Position numbers and translations under genes: made by a program
The notes under the pieces: generated by a model
The model's input: the letters and a program-made list of their open reading frames with translations, nothing else
What the model was told of the DNA's origin: nothing
Database searches by the model: none
In this document: positions 39,669 through 54,006 of the stretch, in pieces
Layout: every line of letters starts with the position of its first letter
Position numbering within the stretch: position 1 is the stretch's first letter
Assembly (NCBI RefSeq): GCF_000002075.1
Contig: NW_004797689.1
Location: forward strand, 178,513-242,512
DNA length: 64,000 nt
Source of the DNA: Aplysia californica
Taxonomy: Eukaryota
Direction: 5' to 3'

Positions 39669-42600
39669 GTCTTCTCCAGGGGTTGAAAGGACATTCTTAC
39701 TTACCAAGGATGTAATAAAATGTGTCATCTATTATTACAATACACACATATATTTGTAAATTTATTAAAAAACCAACTGTGATATTTCTCATGATATTTT
39801 ACTGTCAGTATCTTGTAATGTAGCCTACTTAAGTAGGTTCAAATTATAATTTTTGAATATCAATTTTACTGGATTTTTTATTTTATTTAGGTAGTTCTGG
39901 CTGAAGTAGTTGTTATTTGTGAAGAATACGCTGAAGAATGAGTAGTGGTTGCACTGTACGCAATGGCAGTCTTTCAGATTTTTAGTCACTATATTTTAAT
40001 TTTAAGTGTCATAAAACAATCGATACCCTGCAAAATCAGAGATAACAATAAGTCTGAAAATTGTTTAATATTCTGAATTATTCAATTTCTTGGCAAATTA
40101 GTATGTTTATTTTTATTCTTCTAGTTAACATTCCATGAAGCTCACAAAGTGCCAGTTCTCTTTTCGGAACACAAGTTGAAAGTCAGCAAATTTTGGAATG
40201 ACTGCTATGATCCCATGGAAAAAATATCTTCATTACGATGTAATAATTATTGTTGAACTGAGGAAGAGAATGGTAAAAACATATGTAGAGAACAATTTAC
40301 AGGGAAAACAATACCAATCGTGTGTTAATTGCCATAAAATACAATCGTTACGTCTGTTAACTTTTTAGTTTTCATCCTTTGAAGCATACTGTTTATAGTT
40401 ATGACCATTATATTCCATTTTTATTATTTGTTATGCACAAAGTGTAATATATTGTAAAGAGAAGCACCTAAAAAATAGCAATGACTTTTACTTCATTTTC
40501 ATGCAATTGTTTTGACTTTACAAACTGTAAAGAAAATATTAATTAGAAACACATCATGGTTGTGTTATTCACTGGCAGTTTGATTTCATGTCAGCAAATA
40601 TGGGCTCTTAACTTTTATGGATCTTTCTTTAGGTTAGGTGTATTTTGAAAATTCCTTGATTTAAAAGATGTAATGTACTGTCGAAATTGCCCAAGATGGC
40701 CTCCCTTTGTGAGAAGAAAAATGGTTGTTTTTGACAAGTGGGCGTCTTGGTCAGTGCCATTATACTTATACCATAAAAAAAACGCAAGGGGGGAAATGGT
40801 ACGAGGCCTTTTGAACAGGTGATTGTTTTGGACACTTGGCTGTTTGTGCAAGTTTGACTATATTACATTACTGAATGCATTGCATGGAATCTCACTTTAG
40901 CAGGGGACAATGAGAATTCACATTGTCTTTTTTGGTATGCTGAGAATATATTTTGTTGCTTTTCCCCCTCATACAACTTTAAATGGCTTTGTGTCTGAAA
41001 CCATAGCATTCCACAAAAGGAAATGTTTGCTTTACAGGGTCAAAGAAACTTCCCGAATGCAAAACCTTTGACATATATACATTTGTGATAATATTATAAA
41101 TTATCCTGAATGAAAAAAGAATGCAGCTAGATGGAACCTATCTTCTGCTTTCCACTGCCTGCAGCTTGACCTATTTCTCAGCCTCAGCAACAATACTATA
41201 ATGTGAGTAACATGGCAAAATACTGAAAGGAAGTTTTCTTACTATTCTTTTCCCTGATGTCTCACTTTCTCTGTATGTGGGTGTTATTGCCAAATTCTAA
41301 TTGTGATAAAGTGCTGTGAAAACATAACGCATCTTCTAATGAACTTGAATTGTTATTTGACTGTACTTTTAAACTTATGACATCTGTAAATTGTCATCTT
41401 TATATTGTTACTGTTATGTCTTATAATATATTATACACACATTGTATGTTAATCAAGCATTTTATGCATTCTGTTCTAATTACCAGTGGAACTTGTGCAT
41501 GCATGTATATAATGCATGTTATAATGTTTCTTATATTACTAGCGCAAATAAAGTAATGAGAAAATTTTAATCTCTTGAAAGAGAATTTTATGCTCATTGA
41601 TTTCTGGTATATTCTGTATAATACTAAGCATTACTACATGTATCATTAAGTGTAAGATTTGCTTGCATTTTTTTTCATCTTTCATTCAAATTTTATATGG
41701 TTCTGGGGAGCCACTTTTAATCCTTATAATTTCCAATATCTTTATTGTAGAGAACATATTTTCCCAATTGTTCATTCAACGGCTTGTTTTGGGGCTATGG
41801 TGATATTGTGTTAAATTTGACGTTTGTTTTTTTAAAAACAATTTTTACAGTACACCTAATGCCAGGGCAAGGAAGTAAACTTGAAGGTTGATGCCAGAGA
41901 TATCCAGGTTAGCGAAAATTGGCAGTTAAAAGTCAGAGAAGGGCAAGCAGAAGAGGAAAACTTAGAAATTAATAGCTTTTCTGACCATATTATGACAACC
42001 TCGCCCATATTATGATCAGGATGTGTCATTATAAAATAGAAGCTTCTTGAACCTCAACCCCACAGTGTAGCAGGAATAGCACCTCAAAAATTTTTCAAAA
42101 GAAACATACTTTTCATCTTTCTCTAAAACATGCTAGTAGTCTTTTGAATAAGTGCTAAGATAAAAGTGACGGAAATCAGGGCTTTTGTGCTGGGGCCAGC
42201 AAACTTCCGATTCGATTTTGAGTTCAAAAGATATCTGCTGTGAGATCAGAGGATGGCCGACTTGATCTATCCACAGAAAATTCCAAGGTTCGATTGTGAG
42301 GGAGTCCCAAAATATTTGTCCTGGAATATTTCCTCTTCGTCCCATAAACGGGTCAAGGAACAAAGTATTTTACCATAGAAATCACACACAATGTACGCAA
42401 TTGTGTAGGTTTTAGGTTTAATGCTCTTTTCAGCACTGTAAGTAGTGTAAGGCAGGACTTCCGAATTTAACATCCATCTCCGATAGGACCCAGAATAATG
42501 GCAAAATTCGTGAAAGGTGTCTTTCGTAATGAGACACCATAGGACCGAGCTGAGGCTCGAACCCCTTAACGACCTACCTGGGTGTTAAACTTCAGCAGTC

Positions 42601-42696
42601 ATTACACTGAGAGGCAAGTCCCATTCGTGGAAACTTATCACTATCACTGACCCAGATTGAACAGAACGAAGGCAGACTGAATTATATGGTTTCCTT

Positions 42697-42883
42697 ATGT
42701 TTTAGTAAGTCTGTAAGAGTTTTACAGCACTTGCGACACAATTAGGTCATATAAGTGCTGAAGATTAGAAGTGTCTGAAGAGTGTGACAAACACAAATAT
42801 AAAAAAAAGAAGGTGAGGTCAGGTGACAGACGTTTGATAGGAAAGAAGGAGTAAACCACATGAGAGCACCCACCAGCCACCCA
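42697..42883 (-). mobile_element. ~180-bp short retroposon, copy 3
   Basis: Reverse complement aligns to copy 1 end to end. Decayed TSD TATATGGTTTCCTT / TATATAATTTCCCT. Confidence 0.75.
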
Positions 42884-43821
42884 TATATAATTTCCCTTTC
42901 CAAGGGATTTTGAACAATTTCCTTCGCACAATTTCCGACAATGTCCAAAAAACTTAGTTCTCACACGTCATTGAGCATGAAGCAAAGTGATTTAATAAAT
43001 ACATTATGACATTGATTCATTTATACACTTATAATCTTCCATGACTAACATAATTTGAAAAAATGAGTTTAAAAATGGGAACCCCCCCAAAAAACTGTGG
43101 CTAAGTATGATCGGGAAAAAAAAATTCTTGGTCAAACATCATGGACTTCATAATCATACTATTGATACTTCCCCTAATAGAACAATATTTCTAACAGACT
43201 TGAAAAAAAGATTTAAAAGCAACAAGACTGAACTTACAGAAATACATGTACATGTACTTGGATAAGTACTTACATGTATTACGCTCCAATAAAATGGTGC
43301 AAGAATTTTTCAAATAAATCCAAATTTGAGTGGTATTGTAAAAATTTGTGGTTTCATTATTTCATTTCATTACCATCTCTTGTATCGTACACTGCACAGC
43401 AGTTCTGTTTCTATGGCTCAAAAAATCACAGAGTATTGCAATACATTAAATCTAAACAAACTTGGCGACGAAAACTTTTCCTGATACAGATAAAACTTAA
43501 ATAAGTTGTACTGCTCAGCGGTTGCCACACAAATCACCTTAATTTCAATGACAATTTCAACGACACATTTTTATTTTTTTCAAAATAAAAGCAATTTTAC
43601 GCAAGTAAAAATTGACTCGAGGTTTACTGTGAAGGTAAATGTAGTCAAAGACAAGTCTTCACAATATTCGGCTGAAGGGTATGCCAAGGGAGCTTCGGAA
43701 TTAAAAATTACAACTCCAACAAGACACCTGCATCAATCTGCAAGAAACAAGAGCTACTAAATCAATAACATGTTTACTACATCTGACAAAAAGCTACCAG
43801 CCTGCACATAATTATGAGATA

Positions 43822-44272
43822 CAGTATAATCCGCTAATATCGACATGCTTTGGGGAGTGGATTTGATGTCGATATATAAAAATATAAAGCCAAAGAGGAA
43901 GAAACAAGGGGAGGTCAGCGGTAAAATGACAACACGATCAGGAGTGGGGGTAGGGAGGAGGCACTGTACTGTGTTGGAGACTACACTGTGTAGGTCCTAC
44001 TTGACCTACTAAAGCCTGGTGTGTCAATAGGCTACTTGGCGGGTATGTTGATTTAATGAAGAACTAATGTGTTGACCGTTGGCGCGGCTTTTCCCCCCAT
44101 TAATGTTCATTGGCTTCACCAGGTACCGAGGAAGCATGTCGATAAAGCAGAGTGGGCCAAAGAAAAAAAAGTCGAGATAAGAGAGATTGTTTAGTGAAGA
44201 TGTTGAAGGAAAAATTTAGTAATTGGAAAAATATGTCGATAAATTGGATGTCGATATAAGAGGACTATACTT
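43822..44272. mobile_element. pogo/Tc1-type MITE downstream of the WARS1 stop (probable 3' UTR)
   Basis: TA-CAGTATAATCCGCTAATATCGACAT...ATGTCGATATAAGAGGACTATACT, with repeated ATGTCGATA. Confidence 0.7.
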
Positions 44273-44635
44273 TCACAAATTATGTGAGCAGAGATGAACA
44301 TTCCCACTGTCCTTTTGTCTCCGGGACAAAAAAAATCCTAAACTTTAATTTTATCCCTTTCTTTTAATAATTCATGATCACATTCTATTTGTGTTCAGTC
44401 CTCGCTAAAAAACTTGGGATAAAAAGGGAACAGACTATTGCCCAGTTTGTAAAAAGAATTTTGTTCCTCAACAGGTCAATGGACAGCCATGACAATCTAA
44501 AGACTGAGCTTACACAGACTTTTGCTGAACTGGGAAGCAATTTATAGAGATCACTCACTTAAGTCATTATGAAGCATACACTCTATACCGGGACCAAAGA
44601 GAAAAAAAAAAGAAAGAAAAAAACCCAAACTGAAA

Positions 44636-47600
44636 CTAATAATCAAATTTTAACTTTCTTGGTCTCATAAACTCTCTGGCTACTTCATCTGTCACAGTTT
44701 TTCTTCTCTCTTGGATCTCCCCAATAAGTTTCTGCAGCACACCTATTAGTTCCTTTTTCAGAAAGCCAGTCAGCAGCTCCCCGCTTGTGTAGTCCTGTAA
44801 AAGAAAAGCATGTCACTTAGGAAAACAACAGATGAGAAAAAGCAGGTTCTTCTCCTAATTCTGCTGACATTGTGAGTTGCCTAAGCTACTGGGGGGCACT
44901 GGGTGAGAGTGACAAGCTCTATAGGGATTCGTCTTCAAGTAGAGTTTATTGGATGGGAAGGGCACTGGTGATCAAATTGGTTTTCCTTATTGACCTGTCA
45001 ATATAATTTTACAAAGCTTGATATGCTCACATTTAAAAATAACTTCCAAAGATAACCACTGTCCAGTCTTTAAAATTTCTTTTCAACATTGCTATCAATC
45101 TATTATAAAGGTGACCCGTTCCGCTCTTCCCCTTTGTATAAAAGATCAGTCCCTTCAGTCTAAACAGAGTGACTTCTGTCTGACCTGATAAATGCAACAA
45201 ACACAGCAATACCAATAAAATGACTCCAGGTGATTGAACCACAGCACCTCATGAAAACAATCAGATTCTTCCATTTTTTATTTCTAGGATTGTATAAAGA
45301 ATGGAATAGTCAATGTTAAGTCATCAAATCAAACTAACTAATATAATTATCTCTACAATAAACCCAGAACGAGACCAGAGAATTTCTTTGTCAACTATAC
45401 TTTCCTTTATTACCTGTCTAAGCCACCTTTCCACCCTCATAATGTTCATATTTTATTTATAAGTTCTTAATTTAGCTCAAATAAAATCTTCAGATATTTG
45501 AAATGAACTAGGTTACTATCTACAATAAAAAACAAATATCAATTTCTTTTAAAAGTTCTACAAACCAAATTGATTAAAGTCATCTCTACAGATTTTCATA
45601 AGGCCAGTGTCATAAAGTGGTTAAAAAATCAAGAACTTCTTTCCCCAAACGTATTCTTTACTGTAAAAACCCCACCCAACAACAACAAAACAAACTAAAA
45701 AACACAAACATAGTGAACACAAGGAGCACTAATTAGTTCGAGTCTTGTATTTCAAAGTATGGGTAAATAAAATGAAACTGGCACAAGCCATAAGGAGCAA
45801 ACAAATATGAACTAAAGCATCTTAATCAAATGAGTAAACATTTTCAAAAAATTCTGAATTAGTGAATTCAACAAAAATCTCAGAGGAGGCTTCTCTCGAG
45901 TTATTGTCTGCTTTCCACTTGGTATCACAGACTGAAATTTCAAAGTCCTCTGATTTCATAGTTAACTGCACCACCTTATAGACTTTATTATTCTGAGCAT
46001 TTTTATACCAAATTTATACAAAGTTATGAACATCTGAAGTTGCAGAAAAACGCGATATTTTTTAAATTGCGAAATGTCTGCACTTTGAGATGCCATAGCA
46101 TTCTTAAATTTGAATGGAAATTCACAAAAAACTTGTTAACAACACACACCAATGCACATAAAGAACAAGCCCAATTTTTTTTCAGGGGTATCATATAACC
46201 AGAAGATGGAAATTTATTGATGTAAACATGGCCTTTTGACCAAAATGGCACGAAATACATGGGGAGGTTAAAATCACCACTCACGAACACCGGCTTCTGG
46301 GCTGCGCGCCGGGCGCGCTGACGTGGAGGCGAAAAAATATATACGAAACTGACCCGATGGTGGCCCTGCTTGCGAGCTGATGGGGAGCGTCAGGTATTTA
46401 TTTTCGTATGGCGGCTGTGTTATTCTTGAAGAGGAATGAATGGGCTTTCTGCTGATATATTTCCATAGTCCCATCACTGGTTCCATAAAAAACAGTATAG
46501 AAAATTTTCACAAGCAAATCTCTTCTATTAATTCTTTAAGGGAAGTCTTTAGAAATATATCACCAGAAAGAGTGTTTTCTCATCTTAAAATATTGACAAA
46601 TCAAATCGCAGTATTTAATACCATATGCTCCCCGCTTCAGTCTAACCGAGGTCACCCCAAAAACCGATGCACAAAACGCGTGGTCGCTGCAGTGAAAACC
46701 TTGATAGTATCTTTTATCCCACAAGATTTTGCTTTCAAAAGAATTGTGGATTAAAATAAATAATACCACTAAAAAGAGGAAAAGCTCCTCCTCTTTCTTC
46801 TGATATATATCAAGTGGTTTTGGTCTCCATGGGCGAACGGTCAGTTTGCGGTCGCGGTACCTATTTTACATACCTTTCTGATCTGCTCCAGCCTCTCATC
46901 ATCGTCCAAGAAAAAGCGTAAGTACTGAAAGGACACGTCCACATCACAGTTGCCTCCCTTTTCTTTGTGCTCTTCTACTGTCGCTTGACCTCCGGAGAAA
47001 GCGTACTTGTTTATCTAAAGAGAAAAGTACAAAATATTCTGATTATTTATTTATTAAGTTTAGAATGGCTCAAGATTTCGTAGACTATACAATTATTTAT
47101 TATGAAGCCTCTGAAAGGGATAAAGAAAGATAAACAAACAACAATAGGAAAGTTCTGCTCCCTGTGTAAGAGTGAATTGTACCAGCAATATACAGTCAAA
47201 CCTGTCTAAGACAGCCACCCACTGTCGAGGAAAAAGTCGCTGTCCTAGACAGGTGGATGTCTTGGGCAGGACTGGAGCAAAGTATACCTAATGAAATCAT
47301 TGCAATTGAAGCATTTGGATTTCGTTTATGGGCACTCATTGTAATCAATCTTTATCATGCGAGACAGAACTTCAAAACAACAGACACTTTTCTAAGCAAG
47401 AAAAATCACAGCTGCCTGTTCCATCAGCAATACACTCACCATTCACTCTTTGGCTACACCCCCCAATTTGTCTTTTAGTTTATGGTTTGTCTTAATGATA
47501 CTAGTTTGTAGGGCAGTTGGGGAGCAATATTCTTTATTTATGACACCCCCCATCAACCAAATGATACATTATATACTTGTCCACTAAATTGCATAAGAGC

Positions 47601-50600
47601 CATGTAAAAAAAGTGTTTTGTGCATCAATACCTTATTTTTAATTTGATTTGGAGTGTCCGTCAAGAAAATGGAGGAGTTTGGATCACTTGCAGACATTTT
47701 GGAAGTGGCCCCTTGCAATGCAGGAAAGAAAACCGAATGAAGAAGGGCAGGTTTCACCATGTTCAGTCTGGGAGCCACATCTCTTGTCATTCTAAAGTAT
47801 GGATCCTGAAATGAACATATCACCAGTATTAGTTTTGTTTATAAATAGCGTTACACTCTCTACTCTACACATATAAAACTTACTTTTTTAAAACCACAAT
47901 AGCACCAAAACTGGTCAAATGCAAATTCTTCTTAGAATCTAACTTCAACAGCCTCATTCGTTAAAAAAAACAAAAACATAGTGTTTTTAAGAATCATGAA
48001 CATTCTTACTGAAACAAAACCTTAAGTATTTCTTCAAATTCATTTATTGATAGATCATCTGGTTAATTTTGAGCTGTGGACACATTTCCTCTTTGAAGCC
48101 GTCCCTATTTTTTACATTTTAGTTTGGGGTACATGAGGCATCTTCTATCTTTAAACTATTTTTCATTTTAATTGCCTTCTGTTACCTGATCAATAGCACA
48201 GGGAATCAAACATTGAATATTTTTCTTTCCATTGAAGATGAACGGGAATGCTCCACTAAAACTTGGAGTGGCTTGTACAGCTGGGAAAGCAATTTTGCCA
48301 ATACTACTGCTTTCATCAAAGCCAAAGATGCCTTTCACTTGGTTGAATGTTACATGCTTCTGAATTTTCACCATCGTTCTGTAAAATTCTGGACACTGCC
48401 TGGAAACAGAAGACATTAACCAATACTCATTACTTCATTCACAAGTCTTGATTGTACCTTCACTAACACCTTGAATAGAATACAAGAATCTTAAATGCTT
48501 GAATGTGACTTTGCACCCCCAAAAAGATGACAACTGAGGTTCAGTGGGAGCCTAAGAACACAAATATATTCAAATAAAACTCCTCTGAAATATTGTGACA
48601 TTCACAAGACATAGTTTGTAAAAAATATACATAAATAAATCGCTAATCTTTCAGACTTAAGAAAGTAATAATAAATAGTCAAAATTTTTAACGATTCAGT
48701 AAATATCAATTTTGCAAAAGAATTCACTCTGAGGGTGGATAGAAATAGAAGAAGTAAGAGCAATATTAAAAATTCAAGGGGAATCAGTCTTTGACGAACT
48801 ATGCTTGGGATATCTGAGGAACTCTCAGTAACATCATGTCAGTGCAAGTATTTTTAATAGGTTGTCCCTGAAGAGTAGTTGCATGTGCTTTGGACCAGAA
48901 ACCAGTCACAGACACTGCTCAGATACTGATCCTCACAAATGCCTTAAGTGAAAAACAGAGGTTACCTCCCCCCCAAAACAAAAAAAAAAAAAAAAAATAA
49001 TAATTATTTTTTGCTTTTCCGGGATACCGAGTAAAATCGAAAGGGAAAACAAAAAACAAAAAAAATTGAGGAGAACAGGTGAAGCTGAAACATTAGGGGT
49101 AAGAAAAAAGTGGAATGAGCTTAGAAGGCTTGCCCGAGATAGAGTTCAAAGAAGGAAACTTGCTGATACTCTATGTTTCCACTGAAGTGGTGGAAAATGC
49201 AAGACATAACACTTGATGGGGGTTTGGAACTTGAAAAAAGCTTAAAACATCCAGATTTATTGCCATTTTGAGAGGAGCAAAACAATATTTCACATGATCA
49301 TAACAGTGATCCCTTTCCAAACTTAACCAATTTTGAACTTCACAGCCAAATAATGAAAAAGTATTCTGAGGAGAATCCTTTTAAAAAGCCAGCAGCTGTC
49401 ATAATATTTAGCTTGAAGCACCAGCACAGCAAACGAAATCAAACAACAACAACAAAAAAAGATGTCACACACAAGTATGACATTGAAATCAGGTTTTTGA
49501 AGAAAGAAACATTCTTTAAAATAAAAAAAAAAAATTAAATGAATAAAACATCAATACAGCTGAACAAAAAAGACACCAGAACTGGTCTCCCATACCAGCA
49601 CATTTCCCTTACCCTATAAAATCAAAATCACAAAAGATGAAGGTCTTCTCCACATCAAAACCCAAAGCTATGATGTCTTTGACGTTTTCGACAGCCAGTT
49701 TCAGAACTTCTTCAACTTTCAGATCCTTCCACAGATATTTTTCATCATCAGTCAGTTGAATCACCAAGGGTACATCAAAGGTATCCTGCAGCCACCTGGA
49801 AAGCATTACAAAATGTAACTGAAAAGATTGGCTAGAATGTTCCTCTGTTCACCATTTGGAGTTGGGAAATAATTCCAATCAGTTAAACATGATTTTAGCT
49901 CATCTGATGCACCCAATTCTTTCTTGGCATGATTTTGTATGAACGTAATACATATAATTTAAAACAAGGGTATTTTGAATTCTGAAAACTCAACCTGGTA
50001 GCAAGAGTAAAGATTAAAGAAGAAAAATGGAAAGAAAGACAACAGAGACCATACACAAAAAATAGTTCATACGTATATCTTTTTAAAAATCGACCTTCTC
50101 CATCATCATCTGACATTGATCATCAACTTTCATACCAATATTTCCTAGGAAAATATTGAGTCCTAAGAGTACCTATGACAGCTGGTACTTAAAAAATATT
50201 TCAACTCCAGAATGCGGATAACCATTTACTATACTAAAGCGGACAGCCATTTACTTTACTAATAGAAACACTGTTTGGTGCACACTTCCATGAAATTGGG
50301 GAAAACTATTCATTGTTGGCCGATAAATTACCTTCCAATGCATCCTCTTCCACTCAAGTGACTAATTTCCATTGACATAAGTGGTAATAAAAAAAAACAT
50401 GCAATAGCAAACTGTAAAGATGAAATCTCAGATGTCATAGGTACAGGACACCCTATCTGTGATAACGTCGAATGTATGAAATGCGCAATCTGGCAGTTTC
50501 TAATACAACTTATAGCCGAGAGTTACCGTAAATATCCGACAAGTTACGGAGGCAAGTGCTGCTACTGCTGCTCTCTCTCTCTCTAATTACTGAACTTTCG

Positions 50601-52351
50601 GAATGTACGGATTTCCGAAAAAGCAAGGAAGATTGGAAGTACTGCAGAACGATTTTTTTCCCTTTTTCTTCTTTCGACACCCATCCCTTTTGACACCTTT
50701 ATCGGGATGGCAGTAGAACAGGCCCAAAATAGGTGACTACTGGAAAAATCGGGAGATTTAGGCAGCTCTGCTGCATACATACAGTTTATATGCAAGAAAA
50801 TTTTTCGTTAGGACAAAAAAGACTCACTTTGTAAACATAAATGGCACCAAATGTCCAACATGCATTGCTCCAGATGAAGGCCCTCTTCCAGTATACAGGT
50901 AAAATGGTTTCTTCTGCTCATACAGGTTTAGGATCTTGTTCATTTCACTGAAACACAAATTCAACAAGAATAATGTAGATGTTATTGGAACAGCTAGCAG
51001 AAAGATCTAAAAAAACACTTTGACATAACTTTGTTATCTTATAACTTATTAAAAATATACATCATGAAAGCAACTTCTCAAAATGACCTTTTACATTGTT
51101 AATTCTCTTTAACACAATTAAATCTACTTTTATGGGAACCCCTTAATCCAACTAACCCTTAAATATATACAACACATATGGACACCATTCTAAATCAGAC
51201 AAATAAATGTTATTGTCGTCAAGTTTCAAAACAAAACAAAATGCCCAGAATCTAAATTTACATTGAACCTTTATTTTTTTTAAAAAGGGGGGAAAATACC
51301 GATGTGAAAAGAAAATTCCTCGTTTCAAAAATGGGTGCGCAGGTTTCCCCGTCACTTGCTCAATCCTCTGCACAAGGGTTTCATCAATTGCCGTGCTGCC
51401 AAATCTTACTGAAAAAGAAAACAAGTAAAAATGATATCAGTAATCTATAAATTTGATGCTTATACTTTCATGGACATACTTAGCTGTCAAGGCAGTTTCA
51501 GTTCAAAGATGGGAATAAAATTGTTAAGTGCTGAGTGAGACTGGTCTAAGCTATGTTTCAGTAATGATTGAGCACGTCGCTAAATTGTTCGGAGCCTGCC
51601 AGGGAGGTAGTACCAGTAGCTTCATGATGCATACACGGTGGACTGGCAGTGGAATTTTAGTTGCAGAGGAGGGTTCCCCGCTGAGCGCCTTATCACGTCA
51701 GGGTCACAGGGGTCAGGTCCCTGTCACCGCTCTGTCTGTGCTGACTTAATTTTTGGTACTTTTCAATGTACAGTTTTAGGTATATCCTTGTATTTAGGGT
51801 AATTATCATTTAATGCACCTAGAGCACAGCACAGAAAGCTGTTTTCTCGATGAAGTGAAAAGTTAGTATTGAGTATCTTAAAACTTTATGTTTGGTTCTT
51901 ATTCTCATTAACAGAAAAACTGAGAAAAGAAACAAAAAATACTATTAAAAAGTTGAATTATGAATGCACCCCTTGATATGAACGATGATCTCAGACTCAG
52001 CTATATTTTAGTTTTAGTAGAGGGTTTTATCGCGCTCACAACTGCATAAGGTCATATGAGCGCCAGAAGATTAGAGGTGTTACAAGAGAGTAACAAACAT
52101 GAAAAAGAAGGGGGAGATAAGGACGATAGATGTTTGATAGGATAGAAGAAGCAGACCACACCAGAGCACCTGCCAACCACCCACTCAACTATATTTGAGG
52201 GAATACCTATCAGCTTGGCGTAATCAATTCCTGTGGCGGAAGATGTTTGCACATTCCAAGGGTCAACAACATCTTCGACAGCTTCAGGATTTCCTGAAGT
52301 TTCGCCTATATTCAAGGATTCCATCTGATTTACTTGTGACTCCTCTGCCAT
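44636..52351 (-). CDS. WARS1: Tryptophanyl-tRNA synthetase, cytoplasmic (8 coding exons, 414 aa)
   Basis: Minus-strand exons 52351-52207, 51408-51300, 50947-50828, 49795-49613, 48399-48186, 47805-47632, 47014-46874, 44794-44636. Motifs [17 protein letters not shown] (HIGH), [27 protein letters not shown] and INKYAFSGG. Confidence 0.97.
47193..47300 (+). mobile_element. Left end of related Tigger-type MITE in WARS1 intron
   Basis: TA-CAGTCAAACCTGTCTAAGACAGCCACC. Confidence 0.55.
49068..49185 (+). mobile_element. RTE-clade LINE 3' remnant
   Basis: Translates [38 protein letters not shown], matching the RTE C-terminal pattern WRRT.E.E...W.EL..LA.DR..WR.LV..LC. Confidence 0.6.
52009..52184 (-). 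mobile_element. ~180-bp short retroposon, copy 4 (WARS1 intron)
   Basis: Near-identical to copy 1 on the minus strand. TSD TCAGCTATATTT (51997-52008) / TCAACTATATTT (52185-52196). Confidence 0.85.
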
Positions 52352-52752
52352 CTGCCAAAAGGAAATAATGATTCAGTCAATGAAATATAATATCCAGTGT
52401 CCATTGGGGGGTCACTTCTCTAATTACAAACCGATCCCCCGACTTGCAGCCTGAAAACAAACGCGTCTTTTCTTAGGCTGCTAGTCGGACGATCGTTTTG
52501 TGCCACAATGGTTGCTTTGTGCCCTCAATCTGTTTAGCACCGCCTACCAAATCGAACTGATCATGCCAATGGGCACTGGGTCTAAGCAAAAGTCAAATGA
52601 AAATGTGTACATTAATATATCAAATTGAACAACAAGGTCGAACACACTCAGTCAAGACTGGCATCTATTTCAAATGGTGTAATTTGGATCCTCCAAGTTA
52701 TGGGCGGCGCCATCAGAATGTGCAGTGCATGGAAAGTATGATAGGAACTAGC

Positions 52753-53681
52753 TTTCCACCACCATTTGTCTTTCCACATGTTTAATTTCATTTTTGTTGT
52801 GTGTCATAGTTTTTCTGTAATTATTTTTTAAAAATCACATCGCACAAAACCGACAGCCGTGGCCCCTTCCTAACACCTCTTCCCCCAGCAAGCCGAAAGT
52901 GCGAGATCGGTATGCGCAGTCTCATTGGTTGACATAATTAACCTTGCCCCCGGCAAGGTCACCTTAACTTAATTTAGGATTTTACATAAAACCAGAATTA
53001 AAAGAATTGCCTACTTGGACTGTGCAATAGTTTCAAAAGTCAAAAGTCTGCACTCTCATTAGATTTACCCAATAGCAGTGTCTAAGTACAGGGTAAATGA
53101 CAACTCAGGGTTTTTCCACAACCACTACAGCATCATCATTACTTCCACACCATTTGTCTTTCCACATGTTTAATTTGGTATTTGAAGTGTGTTGAGTTTT
53201 TCTGTAATTTTTTTTTTTTAATCACATAATATCCAGATACTAGATCTATCTAAACTGGTCCTCCCTGGATCATTAGTTTGAACAGAACAACTAAGTTGAG
53301 TTGACCTTGCCGGGGACAAAAGTTAATTAGCTCGACCAATGAGATTGCGCGTAGCAATATCGCACTCTCGACTTGCTGTGGGAAGAGGTGTTGGGAAGAG
53401 ACCATGGCTGTCCATTTTGTGCGATGTGATTTAGAAAAAAATAATTACAGAAAAACTATAACACGCAACAAAATTAAATTAAACATGTGGAAAGACAAAT
53501 GGTGGTGGAAATAACATGATGCTGTAGTGGTGGTGGAAAGATCATGAGTTGTCGGTTACTGTGTATTTAGACACTGCCATTGAGTAGATCTAAGGAGAGT
53601 GCTGTCTTTTTACTTTTGACACAATTACAGAGTCCTTGTAGGCAATTCTAGTTTTTATTCTGGTTTTACGTAAAATCCCTC
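52753..53681. repeat. Foldback cluster of a ~390-bp unit (two partial + copies, one full - copy)
   Basis: 52753-52972 and 52976-53228 are each reverse complements of parts of 53292-53681. Confidence 0.85.
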
Positions 53682-53789
53682 GACGACAGTTATTATGTAA
53701 CTTCCTTACACTCACATAACTCACTTAGAAGGAGAGTCCGAATAAATAAAACATTTTTTTAGGACCCAAGTCCGAATAGATAATTAACC

Positions 53790-53972
53790 CAGGCGAGCCT
53801 TTTGGCTATTCTCACCCGGTGTGCGTTCACCGTGATAGCCTAGGCCAACCAGTGTTGCGTTCACCGTGAACCACTGTTATAACAGAAGTGTAGAATTCTG
53901 TGCAGTGAACAAATGTGTTGAAAGCGTGCAATTTTGTCTGTGGGCAGGGAGAGAAAGAGAGAGAGAGAGAGA

Positions 53973-54006
<34 letters not shown>

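Noticed and set aside
38819-39759. Long ORFs 38819-39592(-), 39069-39728(-) and 38989-39759(+)
   Set aside because: They are shadow frames of the low-complexity K/D exon. Only the frame starting at 38829 has an acceptor, phase match and protein-level codon mixing.
51476-51760. U1-like 5' end (ATACTTAGCTG) about 30 bp after a TATA-like motif, with an Sm-site-like AATTTTTGG about 270 nt downstream
   Set aside because: No U1 stem-loop I/II motifs and the wrong length. Both short motifs are expected by chance in AT-rich DNA. An Infernal/Rfam search would settle it.
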